DNA from: Paracoccus suum
GTDB lineage: Bacteria > Pseudomonadota > Alphaproteobacteria > Rhodobacterales > Rhodobacteraceae
Direction of reading: 5' to 3'
Assembly: GCF_003324675.1 (NCBI RefSeq)
Contig: NZ_CP030918.1
Span: forward strand, 2,880,001-2,912,000
Length of the DNA stretch: 32,000 nt
Shown: piece by piece, positions 1 to 7,219 of the stretch
How the letters are laid out: the number at the start of each line of letters is the position of its first letter
Numbering within the stretch: the first letter of the stretch is position 1
Translations under genes and position numbers: made by a program
The notes under the pieces: generated by a model
The model's database searches: none
Told to the model about the DNA's origin: nothing
The model's input: only the letters and a program-made list of their open reading frames with translations

Positions 1-25
1 AATTGCGCGCCAGCGGCGCCTGTCG

Positions 26-1282
26 TTGGCGTTCCCTGCCCTGCTGCTCGGCTACCTGGTCTATGCCGCGATCAGCTTTGATCTGGCCGGCATCGCGCAG
101 CGCGCACGCTGGGACAATGGCGCGGTGCTTATGCAGGACTTCTGGTCTTACAAGACCCACGTGACCCGCCAGAACCGCGGAGAGGGACGGATCGAGGTTG
201 CCATCGAAGGCATGCGCAACGCGACCTTCCGCCCCGAGGCCGAGCCGGATTGGATTGCCCCCCGGCCCGATGGCGGCCGCGAGATCTCCCTGCCGCGCGG
301 CAATCACGTCACCATTGCCGGCGATGGCGCAGTGCGGCTGATGGTCGATGACCGCAGCTTCGACATAATCCCGACCGGGGATGGCATCGAGGCCGATATC
401 CCCGACCCGCCGGCGTGGATGAACCTGTCAGACAAACGCCTGACCGCCGATCTGCCGGGGGCGCGGGTGACGCTGACCCGGTCGAAATCCGAGATCTTTC
501 GCCGCCAGCCCGGCTGGGAATTGTTCTTCTTCGATCTTCAAAGCCCCTTCTATGGGCAATCGCTGCCGCAACTGCTGGGGCTCGCGTTCAGCGGCGACGA
601 ATTGCGGCCCGGGACGCCCAACATTCAGGCGATGGCACAGGATTTCTGGCGCAACAGCGTCTGGCATCACGGCGAGGTCGCCGGCGCGATGTTCGAGACG
701 CTGCTGATGGCGTTCCTGGGCACAATGGGCGCGGGCCTTGTTTCGCTACCGCTGGCCTTTGTCGCTGCGTCGAACTTTACCCCGGCGCCCTGGCTGCGGC
801 AGGTCGTCCGGCGCAGCCTTGACTTCCTGCGCGGAGTCGATGCGCTGATCTGGACCATCGTGCTGTCGCGCGCCTTTGGCCCTGGCCCGCTGACCGGCAG
901 CCTCGCGATCCTGATGACGGACACCGGCTCGTTCGGAAAGCTGTTCTCGGAGGCGCTGGAGAATATCGACGAAAAGCCGGTCGAGGGGCTGCGCTCGACC
1001 GGCGCCGGCGCGCTCGCCCGCGCGCGCTGGGCGGTCATGCCGCAAGTCAACCCGGTGATCCTGTCACAACTGCTCTATTACCTCGAATCTAACACGCGCA
1101 GCGCGACGATCATCGGCGCGATCACCGGCGGCGGGATTGGCCTTCTGCTGGTGCAGGCGATCCAGACCCAAAAGGACTGGGAGCATGTCGCCTATTACAT
1201 CCTGCTGATCGTCCTGCTGGTGATGGTCATGGACTGGCTGTCCGGGCGTATTCGCGCAAGGCTGATCGGAGAGCGCGCTTAG
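26..1282 (+). CDS. phnE: Phosphonate ABC transporter permease, PhnE type. Probably 5'-partial: the frame is open to the left window edge.
   Basis: The translation is a multi-TM ABC permease. It carries the cytoplasmic loop ...SFGKLFSEALENIDEKPVEGLRSTGAG..., which is characteristic of PhnE. Third-position G/C is high. There is no in-frame stop between position 2 and the TTG at 26. Confidence 0.8.
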   Translation: MAFPALLLGYLVYAAISFDLAGIAQRARWDNGAVLMQDFWSYKTHVTRQNRGEGRIEVAIEGMRNATFRPEAEPDWIAPRPDGGREISLPRGNHVTIAGDGAVRLMVDDRSFDIIPTGDGIEADIPDPPAWMNLSDKRLTADLPGARVTLTRSKSEIFRRQPGWELFFFDLQSPFYGQSLPQLLGLAFSGDELRPGTPNIQAMAQDFWRNSVWHHGEVAGAMFETLLMAFLGTMGAGLVSLPLAFVAASNFTPAPWLRQVVRRSLDFLRGVDALIWTIVLSRAFGPGPLTGSLAILMTDTGSFGKLFSEALENIDEKPVEGLRSTGAGALARARWAVMPQVNPVILSQLLYYLESNTRSATIIGAITGGGIGLLLVQAIQTQKDWEHVAYYILLIVLLVMVMDWLSGRIRARLIGERA

Positions 1283-1390
1283 GTTTTCGTCCGCCTCGGC
1301 TGCGCGGCCATCGGGCTAACGGGCGCGCAACACCCCGCCCCGCAACCACGCGCGTTTGCAGGCGCTCGCGCTCCGTGCGGCTGGGCTGTC

Positions 1391-2157
1391 CTACGAAACC
1401 CGCTCCACCTGCCGGCGCACCTCGTCGGCCAGCGGATGCAGGCGCTCGGCGTTTACGGCACCCACGAGGCTGTAGCCCATGCCGCCGGTCGCCCAACTCC
1501 ACCCCGCCACGCCGTTCCGGGCATGGGGCGCCATCAGCTTGTCTTGGTCGACGCTCATCGGCCGGGTCAGCATGACCAGCCGCGTACCGCGGTCGTCGTC
1601 ATACATCAGCATCAAACCCGCACCGTGGGGCGTTGGCACGATCCGCCCACCCATCAGTCTATAGCCGGAGGCAGCGAGGTCCGGGATCGCCGGCGCGCGC
1701 GGCAGGTGCGCGCCGGCCCATGCGACCAATGCCGGCAGGCCATCGGCACGCATCTCGACCGGCTGGATGCGGTCGGGGGAGTAGACGGCAAAGCTGTCGG
1801 CCGCCTCCTGCGCGATCGCCTCGACGCCCTCGGGCGAAGCATGGCCGTGCAGGGACCAGCCGCCGAACCCGCCCAACGCGACCAGCGCCAGCGCGGCCGC
1901 GAGGTTGCGCCATAGCGCGGCCGCGCGACGCGGGGGGTCACGATATGCGCGAGGTTCAGGCGCGTCGGCAGCGGCTCGGCAGCGACCGGGTCCAGCGCCG
2001 CACGCAAGGCGTCGCGCTGGGCGTCATAGGCGCCGATACGAGCCGCCACGGCCGGGTGCGCACCAAGATAGCATGCCACCTCGGCCCGACGCGCCTCGTC
2101 CAACTGGCCGTCGACATAGGCGTGCAGTTCGTCGTCTGTGATCGGGCGGCTAGTCAT
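1391..2157 (-). pseudogene. Anti-sigma factor (N-terminal zf-HC2-like anti-sigma domain, one TM helix, periplasmic domain) interrupted by a frameshift
   Basis: The N-terminal frame (2157 downward) reads MTSRPITDDELHAYVDGQLDEARRAEVACYLGAHPAVAARIGAYDAQRDALRAAL...LNLAHIVT. The TM and periplasmic part (ALWRNLAAALALVALGGFGGWSLHG...VRRQVERVS, ending at 1391) lies in a different frame. The two frames join cleanly if one base is added to the G6 run at 1932-1937 (C6 on the coding strand). There is a 4-nt ATGA overlap with the upstream sigma gene. Confidence 0.65.
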
Positions 2158-2687
2158 GGCAGGCTCCGCAGATGGGGGCGCGGGCGGGCCTGCGGCGCAC
2201 CGAGGCCACGTTCCTCGAGGATCACGCGCAGCCGCTCACGCCCGCGCGACAGGCGCGACATGACCGTGCCGACGGGCACGCCCAGAACTTGGGCCGCCTC
2301 GGCATAACTCATGTCCTCGACGGATATAAGCAGGACCGTGCTGCGCTGTTCCTCCGGCAACAGCGCCAGCGCGGCGAGGATGTCGCCACGCACCAGCCGG
2401 TCTTCCTGCGTGGCGCGGGTGGCGAGTGCCACCGCCGGCGCGTCTTCGATCGGCGCCGGGATGCCGCGCCGCACGCGTTGGCGCATCTGGTTCACGGCGA
2501 CGTTGTGCAGGATGGTGAACACCCATGGCCGGGGGTTCCCGTCGCGGCGGCGATGCCAGTGGGCGACGACTCGCTCAAGGCAGTCCTGGACCGCGTCGTC
2601 GGCTGCCGCTGCATCGCGCAGCAGACCCCGCGCGTAGCGGCGCAGCGCCGGGATCATTGGCTGCACCTCGGCCATCAGATCGCTCAT
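2154..2687 (-). CDS. ECF-family RNA polymerase sigma factor (sigma-70 regions 2 and 4)
   Basis: The translation has region-2-like DAVQDCLERVVAHWHRRRDGNPRPWVFTILHNVAVNQMR and a region-4 HTH LPEEQRSTVLLISVEDMSYAEAAQVLGVPVGTVMSRLSRGRERL. The stop overlaps the anti-sigma start. Confidence 0.9.
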   Translation of the reverse strand: MSDLMAEVQPMIPALRRYARGLLRDAAAADDAVQDCLERVVAHWHRRRDGNPRPWVFTILHNVAVNQMRQRVRRGIPAPIEDAPAVALATRATQEDRLVRGDILAALALLPEEQRSTVLLISVEDMSYAEAAQVLGVPVGTVMSRLSRGRERLRVILEERGLGAPQARPRPHLRSLP

Positions 2688-2693
2688 GGCGTG

Positions 2694-2709
2694 GCCGCCC
2701 CGGGGCGGC
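2694..2709 (-). promoter_or_regulatory. Perfect 16-nt GC palindrome (GCCGCCCCGGGGCGGC) between the beta-propeller gene and the sigma gene, 7 nt upstream of the sigma ATG
   Basis: Read directly from the sequence. It could form an intercistronic hairpin covering the sigma ribosome-binding region. No function has been tested. Confidence 0.25.
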
Positions 2710-2739
2710 GCGGGCGCCGGTCGGGGCGGGCTGCGCGGG

Positions 2740-4188
2740 TCATTCGACCTGCGCCTGCACGATCTCGCCGGGGCCGTCTTCGCCCTGGCGCGCGATCACC
2801 AGATAGCGGCGCGCCTCGCCCGCGTCGGCTGCAACGATGTGGCGGATCGGGCCGAGGGCGTTCACCACAGCCGCGCCCGCCGGGTTCGACTTGAACTTCG
2901 CCAGCGGCTGCAACGGGCCAGAGCCATCGGCATTGGCCGACAGTGCCAGCACATAGGGCTGCTTCGGCTCCAGCCCGCCGACGCCGGCCTGAATGACCTG
3001 GAGCAGGCCCTGGTCGAACAGCGTTACGCTGGTGATCGTCTTTTCCTGATCACCCGGCGCGGCGAGGCGCAGGGTCGTCGCCGCCGTGGCATCGCCCAAG
3101 GGCTGCAGGTTCTCCGTCCCCGGGCCTTCGGTCACGGCATCCGGCACATAGACCAGCGCCTGCGGCGCCTGCCCGATCGGGACATTCGCAACGACCCGCT
3201 GCGCGGCGGTGTCGATGACCGCCAGATTGTCGTCATTCTCGAGCCCGACATAGACGCGAGTGCCATCGGCCGAGGGCCACAGCCCGTGCGGCAGGTTGCC
3301 GACCGGGATCGTCGCCACCTGCTCGAAGCTGGCGGTGTCGAAAACCTTTATTTGGTTCAGCACCCCCACGGTAACATAGGCCAGTTGGCCCTTGTCGGTG
3401 CGCGCGAAATTGACGTGGTTGGTCAGCGGGCCGGTGTCCATCGTCTTGATGACCTTGAAGGGCGGCTTGGCGTCGAACACCTGCACCTTGCCAACATCCT
3501 TCAGGGTCAGCCACACCTGCTTGCCGTCCGGCGTCGCGGCGATGTTCGGGCAGAACGGGCTTTCCTGTTTCACCTTGCCCACGATCTGATGGTCCTTGGT
3601 CGAGACGACGACCGTCTCGGGGTTGAAGGACGAGCAGATGTAGCTATAAGCCCCATCCCGCGAGAAGATCGTCATGCCCGGCCCGGCCGGCAGCTTGATC
3701 CGGGTCTTTTCCGCGAAGGTCGCGGCGTCGATGACAGCGACGTAATCCTCGCCGCGCACGGTGACCCAGACTTCGCTGCCGTCGGGCGTGTAGAACGCCT
3801 CGTGCGGCGAGCGGCCGAGGTAGGTCGTGTGCTTGACCGCATTGGTCGCGGTGTCGATGAAACTGACCGAGTTCGACCCGATCGAGACCGCCGCCAGGGT
3901 CTTGCCGTCCGGCGCGAACCCGAGGCCATGGACCAGCAGTTGCCCCTTGTAGAGCGGGCTGAGGCTGCTGGGCTGCGGATCGCCAAGACGGATCAGCCCC
4001 AGCAGCGTGTTGGTGGAGGGATCGGTGACCGAGATGGTGTTGGAAAACTGCTCGGCTGCATAGACACGGTCCTTGCTGCTGATCGGGCGGTCACCGCCAT
4101 CCGCACTCCCGGGGGCCTGCCCGGCAAGCGCGCCCAGCGGGGTCAGCATGGTGCCAAGCAGGACAAGCGTCAGAACTCGGTTGGTCAT
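2740..4188 (-). CDS. Secreted YVTN/YncE-like beta-propeller repeat protein with a C-terminal extension of about 110 aa
   Basis: The N-terminal signal peptide is MTNRVLTLVLLGTMLTPLGALAGQAP. Blades recur in the pattern (F/Y)xPDG..(V/L)(W/Y)V, for example GFAPDGKTLAAV, FYTPDGSEVWVT, AATPDGKQVWLT and WPSADGTRVYVG. Confidence 0.8.
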   Translation of the reverse strand: MTNRVLTLVLLGTMLTPLGALAGQAPGSADGGDRPISSKDRVYAAEQFSNTISVTDPSTNTLLGLIRLGDPQPSSLSPLYKGQLLVHGLGFAPDGKTLAAVSIGSNSVSFIDTATNAVKHTTYLGRSPHEAFYTPDGSEVWVTVRGEDYVAVIDAATFAEKTRIKLPAGPGMTIFSRDGAYSYICSSFNPETVVVSTKDHQIVGKVKQESPFCPNIAATPDGKQVWLTLKDVGKVQVFDAKPPFKVIKTMDTGPLTNHVNFARTDKGQLAYVTVGVLNQIKVFDTASFEQVATIPVGNLPHGLWPSADGTRVYVGLENDDNLAVIDTAAQRVVANVPIGQAPQALVYVPDAVTEGPGTENLQPLGDATAATTLRLAAPGDQEKTITSVTLFDQGLLQVIQAGVGGLEPKQPYVLALSANADGSGPLQPLAKFKSNPAGAAVVNALGPIRHIVAADAGEARRYLVIARQGEDGPGEIVQAQVE

Positions 4189-4220
4189 GGCTGGTACATC
4201 CTCGTTTCTATGAATCGGGC

Positions 4221-4793
4221 TTATTTGCGGAGCGCGGCGGCCTGCGTCGGAACTGGCGCCGGGGCGGGCGCAGGGTTGCCGATGGCCATCTGCATCGCGG
4301 CAATCTCCTGGATCTGCTCGACGATGATCTCCTGCGCGAGACGCTGCAGGACCGGGTCATCGCCACCATGCCGCAAATATGCCTTGGCCATGTCGACCGC
4401 GCCCTGGTGGTGCGGGATCATCATCAGGGCAAAGTCGCGGTCGATATCGCCGCTGGCCTTGATGGTCATGTCGGTCATCATCCGGACCATGGCCTCGTCG
4501 TTTTCCAGCAGGAACGGTTGTTCGTGCTCTGGGGCGCCGGCGGCGGTGTCATGGCCGGCGGCGACGTGGCCGTGCGCGACGGGCGCGGCGCTGTGGGCAG
4601 AAGTATCGGGCGCAGCATGCTCATGCCCGGCCGGGCTTTTGGCGGCGGGCGCGGCGTGGTCCTGTCCCACGGACGTATCAGCGGCGGCCAAGTCTGCGGG
4701 GCATCCGGCGGTCCCATGGGCCAGTGCGGGGCTGCCTGTCAGGCCCACGAAACCTGCCAGAAGGGCGACGGCGAGCGGTCGGGAATGGGGCAT
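4221..4793 (-). CDS. Secreted DUF305-domain protein with a His-rich N-terminal region (putative periplasmic metal-binding protein)
   Basis: I chose the ATG at 4793 (AGGA lies 7 nt upstream), followed by the signal peptide MPHSRPLAVALLAGFVGLTGSPALA. The His-rich stretch is AGHEHAAPDTSAHSAAPVAHGHVAAGHDTAAGAPEHEQ. The DUF305 core is DIDRDFALMMIPHHQGAVDMAKAYL...LAQEIIVEQIQEIAAMQ. The longer ORF in the track (to 5378) runs antisense into the DJ-1 gene. Confidence 0.8.
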   Translation of the reverse strand: MPHSRPLAVALLAGFVGLTGSPALAHGTAGCPADLAAADTSVGQDHAAPAAKSPAGHEHAAPDTSAHSAAPVAHGHVAAGHDTAAGAPEHEQPFLLENDEAMVRMMTDMTIKASGDIDRDFALMMIPHHQGAVDMAKAYLRHGGDDPVLQRLAQEIIVEQIQEIAAMQMAIGNPAPAPAPVPTQAAALRK

Positions 4794-4828
4794 GGCGTGG
4801 TCCTGCGCGTTGGGGTCGTTGCAAGGTT

Positions 4829-4853
4829 GACGCCCCGCCGAAGAAATTATTCC
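4829..4853 (-). promoter_or_regulatory. Candidate ECF-type promoter for the DUF305 operon: GGAAT (4853-4849), 16-nt spacer, CGTC (4832-4829)
   Basis: The minus strand reads GGAATaatttcttcggcggggCGTCaaccttgcaacgaccccaacgcgcaggaccacgccATG. This is the classical ECF -35 GGAA(C/T) and -10 CGT(C/T) spacing, about 35 nt upstream of the first gene of an operon that encodes its own sigma factor. Confidence 0.45.
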
Positions 4854-4941
4854 GGCACGCGGGAATAAATCCGAGCGGACCGCAGTCATCGTCAGGACAG
4901 AAGGGTGCCCGGCGCCCTCGCCCTTGCCGAAAGGATTCCCC

Positions 4942-5757
4942 ATGCCCGCCACCTTCGACCGCCGTACCCTTCTGGCATTCAGCTCGCTGCTGGCAGCTGG
5001 AGCAGCCCTGCCCGCGGCTGCCCAGCCGGCCCCGGCCAACCACATTCGCACTATGACCGAGGTGCCGCCGGACGCGCCCAAGGTCGGACTGCTGGTCTTT
5101 CCGAACATGGTCGCCCTGGACCTGATCGGACCGCTGACCGTGTTCCGTATCCTCCGCTGCGACACGCACCTGGTGTGGAAGGACCTGGCCGCGGTGCCGA
5201 CCGACGCCGGGATCGCCGTGTCTCCCACGACCGATTTTGCCGGCTGCCCGGAGGATCTTGACGTGCTGTTCATCCCCGGCGGCACCATCGGCACCAATGC
5301 CTGCATGACCGATCCGGAGGTGCTGGAGTTCGTCGCCGACCGGGGCAGCCGCGCCAAATGGGTGACGAGCGTCTGCACCGGCAGCCTCGTCCTCGCGGCA
5401 GCCGGGCTGCTGCAGGGGTATGACGCGACTTCCTACTGGGCGGTGGCAGATCTGCTGCCGCTGATGGGTGCGCGCCCCGTGGACGGCCGCGTGGTGCGCG
5501 ACCGCAATCGCATGACCGGCGGCGGCGTCACCGCCGGCCTCGACTTTGGCCTAACGCTCGCTGCAGAATTGATGGGCGAGGAGGCAGCGCGCCGCGTCCA
5601 GCTGGTGCTGGAATACGCACCCGAGCCGCCGTTCCGCAACGGCACCCCCGATGAGGCCGGCCCCGAAAGCACCGCCAGGATGAAGACCGCCCGCGCCGGC
5701 ATGGACAACGCCGCGCGCACGGCCGCCGAAGCGGCCGCCCGGCGATTGGGGATCTGA
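4942..5757 (+). CDS. DJ-1/PfpI family (class I glutamine amidotransferase-like) protein with a twin-arginine signal peptide
   Basis: The ATG at 4942 is preceded by AAAGGA. The Tat-like motif is MPATFDRRTLLAFSSLLAAGAALPAAA. The nucleophile elbow is VTSVCTGSLVLAAAGLL. The C-terminal DJ-1/isocyanide-hydratase-like region is DRNRMTGGGVTAGLDFGLTL. Confidence 0.8.
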   Translation: MPATFDRRTLLAFSSLLAAGAALPAAAQPAPANHIRTMTEVPPDAPKVGLLVFPNMVALDLIGPLTVFRILRCDTHLVWKDLAAVPTDAGIAVSPTTDFAGCPEDLDVLFIPGGTIGTNACMTDPEVLEFVADRGSRAKWVTSVCTGSLVLAAAGLLQGYDATSYWAVADLLPLMGARPVDGRVVRDRNRMTGGGVTAGLDFGLTLAAELMGEEAARRVQLVLEYAPEPPFRNGTPDEAGPESTARMKTARAGMDNAARTAAEAAARRLGI

Positions 5758-6699
5758 CGCCGGGGCAAGTGGCGGGGACGTTGAAGTGGCCTTCGCGTGG
5801 GACCTGCCGACAAGATCAACCGCGTCGTCAGGCGCGGCGGAAAGCGCGCCTAGCAAACCGCGCCGTGCGCATGTACCACCCATGCCGCTACGCCACCGCC
5901 TTCACACTGGCGCTCCCCGGCGACCGCCTGGACGGAACATCAGCGCAGACGGCAATGGCCACTTCAGGTGCGCAGAGCGCATAAGAAAAAGGAATTCCAT
6001 CATGGACGTCATCGATTTCAGCCAATTGGTTTCCCAGGTCTCCCGGCGCCGGCTTGCATCTCGTTCTTCGACGGTGAGCGGCGGCGTCTGGGAGTCGGCT
6101 ATATCGGCGAGACCCGAATCAAAGCCAACGTAACCTATCAGGTCCAGGGCAACACGTCGGTGGAGGGAAGGCCTGTCCCTGCTGCAAGGACCGGCTCCAG
6201 CCAGGCCCGCGGCCACGCCACACTGCCATGGCGAGTGTTTATGAGACCGCACGCGAGCACTGCGTTCCCGCCGCGCCCACCGTCGCCGAGCGGCTCCGGG
6301 ATACCTTGGCGGCGCTCGACGCGGCAGCCAGAGTAGCCTTGCCTGCGTCATCCGCCAGCACGTCACTGACTGTGTCGAGGACGGAAGCTACGTCCCCAAG
6401 ACATTTCGCGCGAGCCCCCCGCACACGGCCATGGGCACGGATATGACGTCGAAGCGGCGCTCAGCAGCTGGCAGCGGGACTTCCTTGGCAGCCGCTGGCT
6501 GATCAAACACGTCTGGAGGGGGTAGCCGAGGAAGCGGCACAGTACCTGGTCCTCTTCACCCTCCTCCACGCGTTCAACCTATGGCGCGTTTACGCCCAGC
6601 GATCTGAAGAAGGCCGCAAGCGCGTTGAAGCTCGATCGGCCACATTTGGTTCAAAGAACCAAAGTGCAAACCACAAACCCCCGCAAGTGATTGGAATTA

Positions 6700-6774
6700 T
6701 GGTGCTGTGAGAGAGGATTGAACTCTCGACCTCACCCTTACCAAGGGTGTGCTCTACCACTGAGCTACCACAGC
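6700..6774 (-). tRNA. tRNA-Thr, anticodon GGU, with encoded CCA end
   Basis: The reverse complement is GCTGTGGTAGCTCAGTGGTAGAGCACACCCTTGGTAAGGGTGAGGTCGAGAGTTCAATCCTCTCTCACAGCACCA. It folds as a cloverleaf: 7-bp acceptor stem (one G-U pair), D arm GCTC/GAGC, anticodon stem CACCC/GGGTG with loop TTGGTAA, and T arm GAGAG-TTCAATC-CTCTC. Confidence 0.95.
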
Positions 6775-6807
6775 GCCGGCGGACGATGGTGCGTCCGTGC
6801 GGCGGGG

Positions 6808-6836
6808 ATTTAGACAAGGCGCGCGGTGGGCGCAAG
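6808..6836 (-). promoter_or_regulatory. Candidate sigma-70 promoter of the tRNA-Thr gene: CTTGCG, 17-nt spacer, CTAAAT
   Basis: The minus strand reads CTTGCGcccaccgcgcgccttgtCTAAATccccgcc..., about 30 nt upstream of the tRNA 5' end. It resembles the alphaproteobacterial CTTGAC-N17-CTATAT consensus. Confidence 0.35.
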
Positions 6837-6951
6837 CGCTTTTCTGGGATGTGCGCGGTGAATGTGCCCGCCGTCCTTGTGCGCGGGTTGAGCCCGGCAG
6901 GCGCTGACGCCGCTGCTGGACGGCTGCCGGCGGCGCGGCTAAACCGGGCCC

Positions 6952-7137
6952 ATGACCCGCGAGCCACGCCAGCCCCAATCCTCCGCGTCGCGTCCCGACA
7001 AGGACACGCGCCGGGCCGAGGCATTGCGCGCCAACCTGCACCGACGCAAGGCGCAGGCGCGCGCAAGATCCGCACAAGGCACTGACGCGTCCGACCCGGA
7101 TGCCTCGCGTGAGCAAGCGCCGGACCGCGAAGGCTAG
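6952..7137 (+). CDS. Small basic hypothetical protein (61 aa)
   Basis: The ORF has fairly high third-position G/C and a Lys/Arg-rich helix-like core, DTRRAEALRANLHRRKAQARAR. It lies in the gap between the tRNA and murA. I could assign no family. Confidence 0.35.
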   Translation: MTREPRQPQSSASRPDKDTRRAEALRANLHRRKAQARARSAQGTDASDPDASREQAPDREG

Positions 7138-7219
7138 ACGAGGCCACAACCAGACCGCCGGCCACGCAAAACGCCGGCCGGGACACACAACAATGACCCC
7201 AAGGGCATAGGCAGGACGG

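Noticed and set aside
1932-1937. G6 tract as a phase-variation (slipped-strand) switch for the anti-sigma gene
   Set aside because: Six bases is short for a contingency locus, and such runs are common by chance in high-GC DNA. A sequencing error or a fixed mutation is more parsimonious.
2686-4830. 714-aa ORF on the plus strand
   Set aside because: It lies antisense to the clearly protein-like YVTN propeller and DUF305 genes. Its translation is Arg/Gly/Ala-rich low-complexity sequence, typical of shadow ORFs in high-GC DNA.
4794-5378. N-terminal extension of the DUF305 ORF (the track ORF begins at 5378)
   Set aside because: The extension is antisense to the DJ-1/PfpI gene and is not protein-like. 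The ATG at 4793 has an AGGA RBS and is immediately followed by a signal peptide.
6551-6572. Assigning the CCCTCCTCC element to the CcsR/cuckoo sRNA family
   Set aside because: In that family the CCUCCUCCC motif sits in hairpin loops and occurs in tandem copies downstream of a DUF1127 gene. Here there is a single copy, predicted to lie in a stem, in a different context.
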